DNA from: Candidatus Magasanikbacteria bacterium RIFCSPHIGHO2_02_FULL_48_18
GTDB lineage: Bacteria; Patescibacteriota; Patescibacteriia; Magasanikbacterales; UBA922
DNA length: 64,000 bases
Assembly (NCBI GenBank): GCA_001784285.1
Contig: MFQC01000008.1
Span: 90,599-154,598 of the forward strand
Direction of reading: 5' to 3'
Each line of letters opens with the position of its first letter. Position 1 is the stretch's first letter. The notes below the pieces were generated by a model that was not told where the DNA came from, did no database searches, and saw only the letters and a program-made list of their open reading frames with translations. Position numbers and translations under genes: made by a program. Positions 49,708 through 59,518 of the stretch are shown here, piece by piece.

Positions 49708-50076
49708 TCAGACGGGCGGCTCGGTCCCCTCGATGAACAAGAGGACCTTGTCTTGAGGGGAGAAAATACGGATCTTGTCCTCCCTGGTGCGCTGCGGAAT
49801 TGGTCCATAGATCTGGCGGGCGATGCCGGCCGCCGCGCCGGTGATCTTCACATAAACCGGCCATGCGAATGGGTCACCTCCATTCCAGACGGCGAAGACC
49901 GCATTGCTGGCCAGGAGACCAAACTTGGTCTCCTTTTGCACGGCGTAGAACTGGTCGGGTACGCCAGCGGTCAGTCTTCCGTCCTTGTCAGCGAGGTCCT
50001 CGCGCACCTTTTTTTTGATTCCATTGAAATAGACAGCCGCCCCCTGGTTGATTTCTCTGAATTTTTTTGTCGGCAC
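49708..50076 (-). CDS. Hypothetical protein (122 aa) in a GC-rich mini-islet
   Basis: Only protein-like ORF in the ~500-bp ~60% GC segment between gpmI and the ABC-2 cluster. The overlapping plus-strand ORF is low-complexity and G/R/D-rich, suggesting antisense. No family recognised. Confidence 0.4.
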   Translation of the reverse strand: MPTKKFREINQGAAVYFNGIKKKVREDLADKDGRLTAGVPDQFYAVQKETKFGLLASNAVFAVWNGGDPFAWPVYVKITGAAAGIARQIYGPIPQRTREDKIRIFSPQDKVLLFIEGTEPPV

Positions 50077-50199
50077 GACCTTCTCTCTCCTTGCCCATTT
50101 TGGGCGGTTGATTTGGTGGATTTATATACAAAAAAAAGTCTGCTGTCAAGAGGAAGGGAGGTTCGGACAAGATAGGTTGTTTTTGGTATACTTTGCCCC

Positions 50200-51003
50200 A
50201 TGTCATTCACAGCTAAAAAATATTTCACAACGTATAAAAATTCCCTGAGCCAATTTTTTCAATATCGGCTCAATTTGGGTTTGCTTGTGGTGAGCCATGT
50301 GGTGAGTTTGAGCGGTCTTATTTATTTGTGGATCGCGGTGTATGCGGCCGGGCAAACCGTAGGGACATATTCGCTTGAGCATATATTGGTGTATTACATT
50401 GTGTTGACTATTTTGCATATTACCATTTCGGAAGGGGTGGGGATGGGATTTGAAGTCTCGGATCATATCAAAGATGGCGTCGTGACGAATTATCTCGTCA
50501 AACCGTTCAGCTACTCCATTGAACGGCTGGTAAAAATGCTCGGGCAGGTGACGATCAATGTTTTTTTTATTATTCCGGTTATCGCAGTTCTTCTCATTAT
50601 CAAGCCGGACAGCATCCCATCGCCGTCTATCCTCCAATGGATGCAATTCGCAGGCATGGCGTTTATTGGCCTTCTGTTTTATTTTCTTTTGTATTATGCG
50701 GCCGCGCTGTCTTCTTTTTGGCTTCACCAGGGGCGTGCAATGGTATTTGCATTATTGTTGACGAGCAATTTGCTCAATGGTTCTCTTCTCCCGCTCGATA
50801 TGTTTCCGGACTGGTTTCAAAAATTGAGCCGCGTGTTGCCATTTACGTATTTGATTTTTTTGCCAATCCAAACCCTTCTCGGCCGGATTGAGGGGTGGGG
50901 ATTCTTGCTTTTGGTTGCGTGTCTCTGGGCTCTTGGCTTGTCTTTATTTATTTTTTTGATTTGGAAACGGGGAATTCGACGGTTTGAAGCGGTGGGAAGA
51001 TAA
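50200..51003 (+). CDS. ABC-2 family transporter permease, type A paralogue (copy 1)
   Basis: ~6-TM 267-aa protein ending ...WKRGIRRFEAVGR. Paralogous to 51817.. and 53425.. Confidence 0.75.
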   Translation: MSFTAKKYFTTYKNSLSQFFQYRLNLGLLVVSHVVSLSGLIYLWIAVYAAGQTVGTYSLEHILVYYIVLTILHITISEGVGMGFEVSDHIKDGVVTNYLVKPFSYSIERLVKMLGQVTINVFFIIPVIAVLLIIKPDSIPSPSILQWMQFAGMAFIGLLFYFLLYYAAALSSFWLHQGRAMVFALLLTSNLLNGSLLPLDMFPDWFQKLSRVLPFTYLIFLPIQTLLGRIEGWGFLLLVACLWALGLSLFIFLIWKRGIRRFEAVGR

Positions 51004-51018
51004 ATGTGAAGAAATTGT

Positions 51019-51807
51019 ATGACGAAGTATATACGATTATATGGCGCGTTTTTTCGCGCCAATTTCATGAAGGCGACTGCGTATCGAGGCAATTTTTGGC
51101 TGTATGTCCTATTGACCGCGCTCGAATCTATGACCGTCTATATTGCCATTGCGGTATTGTTTCTCCATGTAGAGACAATCGCGGGGTGGAGCTATCATGA
51201 CATGTTGGTTCTGAGTGGTATTTTTATTATCACGAACGGTTTGTCATGGATATTGTTTCGCGCGAGTGTGATGCAGTTGGATCAAATGATTACGAGCGGA
51301 GATTTGGATGGAAAACTCACAAAGCCGGTTGACGCACAGTTTTTGGTGTCGGTCGAGCGCATTGATATTGAAGACGTGGGGAGGTCCTTTGTGGGTATTG
51401 GCATACTGTGGCTCGGGCTTCGGGGAACGCCGCTGTTTTCGTTCGCGACCGCGTTGCCGTTTTTTTTGATTATGCTTGTTTCCGGACAGATTATTTTATA
51501 TAGCATTATGCTCCTCGTCAAAGTCATCAGTTTTGCGTCGATCCAAGGGTGGTCAACCAATGCAATTTCCTGGCGGTTTCATGACCTTTCTCGGTATCCC
51601 ACCGACATCTATACGGGTATGATGCGGGTGATCTACACCTTTGTTTTTCCGCTTGTTTTTATTGCAACCGTTCCGGCCAAGGCGCTCATTGGGCGATTGA
51701 CTATGCCATTCTTTTTTGGCTCGCTCGTTGCCGCCGCAATGAGTTTTGCCGTGGTTCGTTTTTTTTGGGTGCGAGCATTGCAAAAGTACACGAGCGCTTC
51801 AAGCTGA
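51019..51807 (+). CDS. ABC-2 family transporter permease, type B paralogue (copy 1)
   Basis: 262-aa 6-TM protein ending ...RALQKYTSASS. Paralogous to 52642.. and 54228.. Confidence 0.75.
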   Translation: MTKYIRLYGAFFRANFMKATAYRGNFWLYVLLTALESMTVYIAIAVLFLHVETIAGWSYHDMLVLSGIFIITNGLSWILFRASVMQLDQMITSGDLDGKLTKPVDAQFLVSVERIDIEDVGRSFVGIGILWLGLRGTPLFSFATALPFFLIMLVSGQIILYSIMLLVKVISFASIQGWSTNAISWRFHDLSRYPTDIYTGMMRVIYTFVFPLVFIATVPAKALIGRLTMPFFFGSLVAAAMSFAVVRFFWVRALQKYTSASS

Positions 51808-51816
51808 TTTTTTTCT

Positions 51817-52617
51817 ATGCGACCATATATCTCCGCTTTTCGCATGAGCTTGTCCGAACAGGTAACATACCGATTTGGATTTTTCTTTGCGCGTCTCCGC
51901 GGGCTGTTTGTGCTCGTCACTTTGTTTTTTGTGTGGTCGGCCGTGAGCATGAAAACCGGCTTTTTTGCCGGCTATTCGCGCGAGGAACTCATGACGTATG
52001 TGTTTGGCGCTCATATATTGCGTTCGCTGGTTTTTGGATCGCAATCGCGAAGAATCGCATCCGAAATTCATGATGGAACGTTTTCGCTTTTTTTGGTTCG
52101 GCCGGTGAATCATTTTCTTTTTTATTATGCGCGTGAGCTCTCGGAACGATTGCTCCTTGGTTTTTTTGCCGTTTTGGAAGTGGGTATCATAGTGGTTTTT
52201 TTTGATAGTACATTTCTTTTTCCCAGCCATCTCTCTGTTTTCTTTTTTGTCTTTCTGTCGGTATTTTTGTCGCATATGTTGTATTATTGCATGAGCTATG
52301 GCATGAGCATGCTCGCATTTTGGTCGCGCGAGGCCATGGGGCCGCGATTTCTTTTTGAGTGGATTTTGGAATTTTTGTCCGGCGCGTTTTTTCCAGTTTC
52401 GATTGTCGCCACCAATGTTGCTCTCGTTTTTTTGTTTTTTGCCCTTCCATTCATCTACCTTGTCTTTATGCCGCTCACGATCTATCTTGAGCGAGTGCCG
52501 GGGAATCAGCTGTTTCTTTCTTTTGTGTGGCAAGGGATGTGGATTGCGATTGTTGCGGGCCTTCTTCGCGCGCTATGGCGGCGGGGATTGAGGGCATATA
52601 CGGGGGAAGGGATATAG
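51817..52617 (+). CDS. ABC-2 family transporter permease, type A paralogue (copy 2)
   Basis: 266 aa, C-terminus ...WRRGLRAYTGEGI. Confidence 0.75.
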   Translation: MRPYISAFRMSLSEQVTYRFGFFFARLRGLFVLVTLFFVWSAVSMKTGFFAGYSREELMTYVFGAHILRSLVFGSQSRRIASEIHDGTFSLFLVRPVNHFLFYYARELSERLLLGFFAVLEVGIIVVFFDSTFLFPSHLSVFFFVFLSVFLSHMLYYCMSYGMSMLAFWSREAMGPRFLFEWILEFLSGAFFPVSIVATNVALVFLFFALPFIYLVFMPLTIYLERVPGNQLFLSFVWQGMWIAIVAGLLRALWRRGLRAYTGEGI

Positions 52618-52641
52618 GGATATACTGACAAATAGACATGT

Positions 52642-53421
52642 ATGAAATACGTTCGCGTGTGGGTCCAATTGGTTCATTGCGCATTTTCAAGTTATGCATC
52701 AAACCGCATTGATGCAGGTTCTTATTTTTTGGGCAAACTGATTCGTTTTGGCTTTTTTTGGCTGTTTTTTATTTCGCTTTTTCATTATACGGATTCTTTT
52801 GCCGGCTACACCAAGTGGGAAACGCTTCTCTTTTTTGTCACGTTCAATCTGGTGGATGTATTGGGCCAGGCATTGTTTCGCGGCATTTATTTATTTCGCA
52901 ACGATATACGCAAAGGAAATTTTGATTGTATTCTTGTGAAACCGCTCAATAGTCTTTTTTATATTCTTTCTCGCTTAACAGATATCCTGGATATTTTATT
53001 TTTGGCGCCGCTTGGTGTTGCATTGTGGTATGTGGTTATTCATTTGCCACCGCTTCCGGCCGCATCCTTTTTTTTGTATGCGTTATTTTTGTTCGTTGGC
53101 CTTGTCATTGTGCTTGGCATTCACATTCTTTCCGCCGCGCTCACCATATGGAGCATGGAAAGCGAGGGGATGATTTGGTTTTATCGCGACGCAACCGCGA
53201 TTGGGCGGTTTCCGCCGGAGATATTTTCCAAGCCCATTCAATTTGTTTTTACGTTTTGTTTGCCCATTATCGTCATGGTTGCGTTTCCAGTCAAAATGAT
53301 GCTTGGGGCGCTCCCGCTTTTTTGGGCCATGATGGGGTGTATTATTGCGTTGGTTTTTTTGATTGGAGCGCTTGTTTCGTGGCGCGTCAGTGTGAGGCGA
53401 TATTCCAGCGCTTCAAGTTAG
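52642..53421 (+). CDS. ABC-2 family transporter permease, type B paralogue (copy 2)
   Basis: 259 aa, C-terminus ...VRRYSSASS. Confidence 0.75.
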   Translation: MKYVRVWVQLVHCAFSSYASNRIDAGSYFLGKLIRFGFFWLFFISLFHYTDSFAGYTKWETLLFFVTFNLVDVLGQALFRGIYLFRNDIRKGNFDCILVKPLNSLFYILSRLTDILDILFLAPLGVALWYVVIHLPPLPAASFFLYALFLFVGLVIVLGIHILSAALTIWSMESEGMIWFYRDATAIGRFPPEIFSKPIQFVFTFCLPIIVMVAFPVKMMLGALPLFWAMMGCIIALVFLIGALVSWRVSVRRYSSASS

Positions 53422-53424
53422 GAC

Positions 53425-54231
53425 ATGCATATGAGCATATCAAAATATTGGCAACTCAATAAAACGTTTCTCCAGCGCCATATTGCGTATCGCGCGCGGG
53501 TGAGTATTTGGATTATTGCGGATGTCGCCAATTTTTTGGTATTTCCGTTTGTGTGGCTCGCCGTCTATGGCTCGCGGGAAACGTTGGCCGGGTATGCCAA
53601 GGCGGACATGGTGACGTATTATATGGTGATTATGTTTATCAGCGTCGCATGCACGTCTCATATTTCCCGGCACATGAAAGACGATATTATCAAAGGAAAT
53701 TTGAATGCCATTTTGGTCCAGCCCATGCGATATTTATTTTTTCGCACCATTCACGAAGTAAGCTATCGTATTCTGGCGACAGGTATTGCTATAGCGCTTT
53801 TTGGCGCGGCATTTTTTCTTTTTCCCGCCTATATGCGGTTTCCATCGTCTCCGGCATCGCTGATTTTTTTTCTTCTTTCATTATTTTTTTCATTTTATTT
53901 TTCACACCTTATGCAATTGTTTGTGGGCTTATCGTCGTTTTGGCTTGGAGATAATACCGGGCCGGACCGTCTGCGCCATATCGTTGAAAAAGTTTTTTCC
54001 GGAGAAATTGCGCCACTGGTCTTTTTTCCGCCCCTTCTTCAATCCATCGCGGGTATATTGCCATTTCAATTTTTGTCATACGTTCCGGCGCAGATATTTG
54101 TCGGCCAGCTCACTATGCAAGAAATGCGGCATGTGGTGTTTATTGCATCCATGTGGGCGGCCGGATTAAGCGTGTTTGTCCTTTTTTTGTGGCGGCGAGG
54201 AGTGCGCCGGTATGATGGCGTTGGCATATGA
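53425..54231 (+). CDS. ABC-2 family transporter permease, type A paralogue (copy 3)
   Basis: 268 aa, C-terminus ...WRRGVRRYDGVGI. Confidence 0.75.
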   Translation: MHMSISKYWQLNKTFLQRHIAYRARVSIWIIADVANFLVFPFVWLAVYGSRETLAGYAKADMVTYYMVIMFISVACTSHISRHMKDDIIKGNLNAILVQPMRYLFFRTIHEVSYRILATGIAIALFGAAFFLFPAYMRFPSSPASLIFFLLSLFFSFYFSHLMQLFVGLSSFWLGDNTGPDRLRHIVEKVFSGEIAPLVFFPPLLQSIAGILPFQFLSYVPAQIFVGQLTMQEMRHVVFIASMWAAGLSVFVLFLWRRGVRRYDGVGI

Positions 54232-55016
54232 AAACCTATTGGAACATCTATACAGTCTTTGTGCAAAACGGCGTGTCGTATCTTGCTCAATATCGCAAAG
54301 ACGCGTGGTGGAACGTTGCGGTCAATGTGTTGTGGGTGGGCATGCTCTTTTTGATTGTGGAAGTGATATTTTCTCAGACCGCGACCATTGTGGGATGGAA
54401 AAAAGAGGAAGTGTATCTGTTGACCATCCTCTGGACCATTGTGAGTGAAGCCTTTGTCATGATTTTTGGCGGCAATACCCAGCAGATTCCGCACATGATT
54501 ACCGACGGCGACCTGGATATTTTTCTCACCAAGCCGGCCAATACATTATTTTTGGTCAGCACCCGTTTTTTTCTGTTCCGCGCGTTTTACCGGCTTCTCG
54601 CGGACTTTGGTATTTTGGCATGGATTGTGTGGCGATTTGACGTTGGTGTCTCACTGCCGCATGCGGTTCTTGCTTTTTTTCTTGTTGTGTGCGGGATTAT
54701 AGTCCATTTTTCGATGACGCTTCTGGCCAATACGCTAAGTTTTTGGTTTTTGCGCATTGACAATGTCAATGACACCCTTGTGTCGCTCCACACCTTGGGG
54801 AGGTATCCAATCGATGTGTTTCCAAAAACACTGAAAATACTTCTTTTGACTGCGCTTCCTATGGCCTTTAGCGGATATATTCCGGTTGCCGTCCTTACCG
54901 GTCGGTGGCCGTGGTATGCGGTTGGGTATGCTGTGTGCTTTACGGCCGCATTTTTTTGCCTCGCAGTCCGGTTCTGGTCTTTTGCCCTGAAACGATATTC
55001 GAGCGCGTCGAGTTAG
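54228..55016 (+). CDS. ABC-2 family transporter permease, type B paralogue (copy 3)
   Basis: 262 aa, C-terminus ...LKRYSSASS. The start overlaps the preceding gene by 4 nt. Confidence 0.75.
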   Translation: MKTYWNIYTVFVQNGVSYLAQYRKDAWWNVAVNVLWVGMLFLIVEVIFSQTATIVGWKKEEVYLLTILWTIVSEAFVMIFGGNTQQIPHMITDGDLDIFLTKPANTLFLVSTRFFLFRAFYRLLADFGILAWIVWRFDVGVSLPHAVLAFFLVVCGIIVHFSMTLLANTLSFWFLRIDNVNDTLVSLHTLGRYPIDVFPKTLKILLLTALPMAFSGYIPVAVLTGRWPWYAVGYAVCFTAAFFCLAVRFWSFALKRYSSASS

Positions 55017-55096
55017 CGCGAGACACCGTCAATTTTGCTCTATTCAGGCTAAAATGTTCATGGTATAGTACTGTGTACCTGCCTATTCTCTGTCTT

Positions 55097-56074
55097 ATGC
55101 CAATTATCAACGTCAACCATCTTTCAAAAACGTACGAATATTATAAAAAACAAGCCGGGCTTTGGAATTCAGTCAAAAGTCTTTTCCACAGAGAAAAATT
55201 GTTTACCGTAGCGGTGAACAATATCTCTTTTTCCATTGAAACCGGAGAAATGGTTGGTTTTTTGGGTCCAAACGGCGCAGGAAAGACGACGACCCTCAAA
55301 ATGCTTTCCGGCATCTTGTACCCCACGAGCGGCGAAGCATCGGTCTTGGGATATACGCCATGGAAGCGGCAGAAAGAATTTCAAAAACAGTTTGCCATTG
55401 TGATGGGACAAAAAAATCAGTTGTGGTGGGATTTGCCGGCAATGGAAAGCTTTATTTTGAACAAAGAGATTTATGAAGTGCCGGATGCGCAATTCAAGAA
55501 AACATTGGACGAATTGGCGGTATTGCTTGACATTACCGAAATTCTCGATGTGCAGGTGCGAAAATTATCCCTGGGCCAGCGCATGAAGTGCGAGCTCGTC
55601 GCCGCGCTCTTGCATTCGCCGAAAGTGCTGTTTTTGGACGAACCGACGATTGGGCTTGACGTTGTATCACAAAATAACATCCGAGAATTTTTAAAAAAAT
55701 ACAATCGAGAGAAACATGTCACCATTGTCCTCACATCGCATTATATGGAAGATGTCGAAGCATTGTGCGAGCGCGTGATCATTATTAATTATGGAGCACT
55801 GATGTACGATGGGGGTCTTGTGGAGTTATTGAACCGGTATATTGACCATAAATTGCTTGAGGTCACGTTTACCGAAAAAGTATCGGCGGATCAATTGAAA
55901 AAGTTGGGGAAAATCAAGGAACGGACCCCGCAACGCGTCGTGCTGGAAGTGCCAAAGTCAAACGCCAAGCATGTCGCCGCGTCTATGCTGACCCAGTTGC
56001 CGGTTGATGACATTCTTATCAACGAGGTGCCGATTGATGACGTCATTCGGAAAATATTTCAAGAAAAACGATAA
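55097..56074 (+). CDS. ABC transporter ATP-binding protein (ABC-2 type), the single ATPase of the permease array
   Basis: Walker A GPNGAGKTTT, signature LSLGQRMK, Walker B VLFLDEPTIGLD. Start taken at MPIINVNHLSKTY. Confidence 0.9.
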   Translation: MPIINVNHLSKTYEYYKKQAGLWNSVKSLFHREKLFTVAVNNISFSIETGEMVGFLGPNGAGKTTTLKMLSGILYPTSGEASVLGYTPWKRQKEFQKQFAIVMGQKNQLWWDLPAMESFILNKEIYEVPDAQFKKTLDELAVLLDITEILDVQVRKLSLGQRMKCELVAALLHSPKVLFLDEPTIGLDVVSQNNIREFLKKYNREKHVTIVLTSHYMEDVEALCERVIIINYGALMYDGGLVELLNRYIDHKLLEVTFTEKVSADQLKKLGKIKERTPQRVVLEVPKSNAKHVAASMLTQLPVDDILINEVPIDDVIRKIFQEKR

Positions 56075-56078
56075 ATAT

Positions 56079-57140
56079 ATGCAGACAACCAATAAAATGA
56101 GCTTTGGAAAAATGCGGTCGGTATTTTTCTTTTTGCTCATCGTTCTCTTATCCATTGCAATGTTGTATTTGTTTCGGCCGTTTTTTTATCCCATTTTTTG
56201 GGCCGCGGTTATTGCCGTCATGTTTTATCCGTTTTATGCGTGGCTCAATCGGTATATCAAAGCAAAGGGATTCAATGTGTTTCTTACCATTATTCTCGTT
56301 ATTGCCGCGGTGCTCATGCCACTGTTGTTGGTTGGTATTTTGGTTGTGGACCAATCGATTGACGTGTACCGTTCCATCGATTCCGACGATTTGCGGGAAG
56401 CCTTGAACACGGCAAGCACATGGGTGGAAGGCACACCGTTTGGCCCGTATGCGGAAACGGTTCAGCGGGAATGGCCAGCCTACGCCAGCAAGGCCGCAAA
56501 AGGCATTAGCACTGCCATCTTTACGAGCGTGAAGAGTATTACGCAAAATTCCGTACGCTTTATTGTGATGCTCTTTATCATGTTTTATTCCCTGTATTAT
56601 TTTCTTCGCGATGGAAAACAGGCACTCCTCAGACTTATGCATCTCTCGCCGCTCGGCGATGTATATGAAGAAATGCTGTATGAACGGTTTACATCCACGG
56701 TCCGAGCAACTATGAAGAGCACGCTTATTGTAGGCGGTATTCAAGGAACAATTAGCGGCATTCTCTTTTGGATTGCCGGTGTTGAGGGGGCCTTTATCTG
56801 GGGAGTAATTATGATTATTCTCGCCATTATTCCCGCCGTTGGCCCGGCCCTTATTCTCGGTCCTGCGGCCATTATTATGCTTATTTTGGGCCAGGTGCCG
56901 CAGGGGCTCGTTCTTCTTTTTGGCGCGATTGTCGTGAGTCTTGTTGATAATTTTCTCCGTCCGATGTTTGTGGGAAAAGATATTGAGATGCATCCGCTGA
57001 TTGTTTTCTTCGCAACGCTTGGGGGCATTTTTCTCTTTGGGGTTTCAGGTTTTGTAATTGGTCCCATTATCGCCGCGCTGTATATTTCCATTATGTCAAT
57101 TTATGAGCATTATTATCGCAATGAATTGCAGAATAACTAG
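56079..57140 (+). CDS. AI-2E family transporter (UPF0118 / PerM-like)
   Basis: 8-TM protein with the typical N-terminal FFYPIFWAAVIAVMFYPFYAWL and the conserved central region of AI-2E family members. Confidence 0.8.
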   Translation: MQTTNKMSFGKMRSVFFFLLIVLLSIAMLYLFRPFFYPIFWAAVIAVMFYPFYAWLNRYIKAKGFNVFLTIILVIAAVLMPLLLVGILVVDQSIDVYRSIDSDDLREALNTASTWVEGTPFGPYAETVQREWPAYASKAAKGISTAIFTSVKSITQNSVRFIVMLFIMFYSLYYFLRDGKQALLRLMHLSPLGDVYEEMLYERFTSTVRATMKSTLIVGGIQGTISGILFWIAGVEGAFIWGVIMIILAIIPAVGPALILGPAAIIMLILGQVPQGLVLLFGAIVVSLVDNFLRPMFVGKDIEMHPLIVFFATLGGIFLFGVSGFVIGPIIAALYISIMSIYEHYYRNELQNN

Positions 57141-57153
57141 AAAAGTGCAGGAT

Positions 57154-58875
57154 TTATTGCCGCCAATAATACTCTATCATTTGGATAGTAAAGTTTTTGT
57201 CTTTGGCTTGTGGTATCAGTTCTTCGAGTTCAGAGCGCAGAATGGTTTCGTATAATTTGGATTTTGAAAAGTGAGCCCACTGGAAAGAGCCTGTGTAGTC
57301 GGTGAGAATTATTTTTCCTCCGCCATCTGGGAAATGATCTATCCAAACATGGTCCAATCTCACCTTCTTTTTCTTTAAGGTTTCATCTATTGCCTCTTTG
57401 AGGGCTTCGCCGGCGATGTCGGAAGACGCATTTTTTTGAAGTTCACGCAGTTCTTTTTTCATAGACTCGCTCAATTTTATTTCCTGTTCAAACATTTCTT
57501 CCGTATCGCCGAGGCTATCTTTAATCGTGTTTGTGCGGAAACGCCTTCCAGAATTTCCGACTGGTATTGCCGATTCATTTTTTACCAATCTTTGCCAATT
57601 GGCCACATTCGCTTTCACTTTTCCCGACCATATTTTCGTGCCGCTCGTCCCAAGAGCAGTGCGCAATTTTTTGGCTGCTTCTTTTGGATTCAGTTTTTTT
57701 AACTCTTCAATTTCATTGAGCTGTTTCATCAAATCAGCTTTTGCTTTTCGCATAGCGGCCATGTCCTGTTCTGCTTGTTTGATAATTTGTTCCAGATGCA
57801 ATGATTTTTCCGTTTTTTTAGCAAGAGCGAGCGAGCGCTCTATCTTTGCCTCGGCTTGCGCGAAGTGCTCCGTGAATTTTTCTATCCCTTTTTTGCTTGC
57901 CTTTACGCCGCCGCCTGCAACCGGAACAAAATCCAAAACCGTCATTATGGAATGCCCGAGAAAGCCGCTTAAGCCGCCGATTCGTGTCAGCGTATCCGCG
58001 GATGGATCCAAAAAAATCTCCAAATTCGCATTGGCTTCGGTGATGTTTTCTCTCGGATTTGGAATAAAAAAATTGAGGCTGTTGGACATTTTGGCTATGA
58101 TCAAAGAGGCAACTGGATTGATTGTTATTGTCATACGCTTGCTTCCCGTATTCTCTAAATCTTTGAATTTATTGAGAATCCAAGATTCTCCGATAGAAGA
58201 GGGGTCTTCAAAAGTTTTTCTGACTATAGCAAACGGGGCGAAGATGGATACTGTTGTGGCCTCTTCTTTAGTAAGAGTGTGTGCATTTCCAGTGGGATGA
58301 CCGTCGGCATCTTTGAGAGTGACGAGAGGTATTTTGCCGTCTTGACTGGTTCTGAGCCAGTTTGTGTGCGCGCTGTCGTCAAAAATTGAAATTTTGGTTT
58401 TACCATCGTCATCAGTCCATTGGACAAGGGAAAACCAATACGACGCGCCTAAAAAAAATTCAATAGTCGGCAGTATATCACCCCAATCCACCAATACAGC
58501 GGAGTATATACATGGAAGTTTTTCTAAGCGAACAGCAAAAACAATCCCAGCCGCTTGCAAGTCGCTGGGCAATTTTTCGTCGAGTTCAGCCATTTCGGAA
58601 AAAAAATTTGGCCGACGGGAAAATGTCTCGGTTTTAATAGCTTCTGTCAATGCCTCTAGGCCGGTCTCATCCTGGTTTATCTCTTCGTCACGCAGTAGAT
58701 ACGCTTCAAACTTTACCACATTCCATTCTTCGGCGATGTTATATATGCTTGCGTGAAATTTATTTGGTTCGGCAATAGAATAATTTATTTTGAAAGTTAC
58801 CTTGTATTCATCATCACCGTCATATGCCAGTTCTCCGCTCATGTTTAATGCTGAACGTTTATTTTTTTCTGACAT
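57154..58875 (-). CDS. Hypothetical cytoplasmic protein (573 aa): N-terminal globular domain, Gly-rich segment, central ~120-aa coiled coil and a C-terminal domain containing HVWIDHFPDGGGK
   Basis: Long uninterrupted ORF with no signal peptide or TM segment. Heptad-like K/E/A-rich stretch (residues ~320-450). No known family recognised. Confidence 0.6.
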   Translation of the reverse strand: MSEKNKRSALNMSGELAYDGDDEYKVTFKINYSIAEPNKFHASIYNIAEEWNVVKFEAYLLRDEEINQDETGLEALTEAIKTETFSRRPNFFSEMAELDEKLPSDLQAAGIVFAVRLEKLPCIYSAVLVDWGDILPTIEFFLGASYWFSLVQWTDDDGKTKISIFDDSAHTNWLRTSQDGKIPLVTLKDADGHPTGNAHTLTKEEATTVSIFAPFAIVRKTFEDPSSIGESWILNKFKDLENTGSKRMTITINPVASLIIAKMSNSLNFFIPNPRENITEANANLEIFLDPSADTLTRIGGLSGFLGHSIMTVLDFVPVAGGGVKASKKGIEKFTEHFAQAEAKIERSLALAKKTEKSLHLEQIIKQAEQDMAAMRKAKADLMKQLNEIEELKKLNPKEAAKKLRTALGTSGTKIWSGKVKANVANWQRLVKNESAIPVGNSGRRFRTNTIKDSLGDTEEMFEQEIKLSESMKKELRELQKNASSDIAGEALKEAIDETLKKKKVRLDHVWIDHFPDGGGKIILTDYTGSFQWAHFSKSKLYETILRSELEELIPQAKDKNFTIQMIEYYWRQ

Positions 58876-58880
58876 AGACG

Positions 58881-59486
58881 TTATGTATAATTTCTCGCCT
58901 CGGATGCGACCTCGGCAAGCAGAGTTTTATAAAAAACACAACCACCCGTTAACTTTATGGGCTGCTGTTTCAGGGTGATAGGGAAGACAAGTGTTTTTTT
59001 GTTTTTCAGCCACACGAAATCCACCGTGAGTTTGCGAGCCGCTGACGCAAATTTTGGAATTTTAAGAATGTACTCATACCTGCCAGGCTCTTTTGATTCG
59101 CTTTTCCCTTTATCAAATTCAAGGGCCACCCGAGTGACGCCGACATAAGCGCTGTTTGATGATTGACCCTCCGCCACATCCATGAAACCCAAATTCATAG
59201 ACCACGATAAAAGCGCAAGTCCTGCGGGATCAGATCTTTTAAGCATTTTGATGTTGGCGCGCGCTATATGTGGATTGTAGTCTTCTCCAAAGCATATTTT
59301 TATTTTTCCATCGTCTTGAATTTCAAGAGAGGGCGAGAAAGAGATTTCTCCTTTCAGAAGAGCGTTCCCGTCGCCTATAATTCCACCATCATCCAAAAGT
59401 GGCGTATTTCCATACGTGATGGTAAATTTTTTTGCAGTAGGAGAATATCTCATGCCGGCGATCCAAACCGATTTTTTTTGAGGCAT
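58881..59486 (-). CDS. Hypothetical cytoplasmic protein (201 aa), probably translationally coupled partner of the 573-aa protein
   Basis: ORF ending 5 nt before the start of 57154..58875 on the same strand. No recognisable family. Confidence 0.55.
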   Translation of the reverse strand: MPQKKSVWIAGMRYSPTAKKFTITYGNTPLLDDGGIIGDGNALLKGEISFSPSLEIQDDGKIKICFGEDYNPHIARANIKMLKRSDPAGLALLSWSMNLGFMDVAEGQSSNSAYVGVTRVALEFDKGKSESKEPGRYEYILKIPKFASAARKLTVDFVWLKNKKTLVFPITLKQQPIKLTGGCVFYKTLLAEVASEARNYT

Positions 59487-59518
59487 ATAGTATAGTATAG
59501 CACAAAGACTATTGTTCT

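Noticed and set aside
49624-50175. Plus-strand 183-aa ORF in the GC-rich mini-islet
   Set aside because: Gly/Arg/Asp-rich low-complexity translation antisense to a more protein-like 122-aa ORF. It is judged to be a composition artefact.
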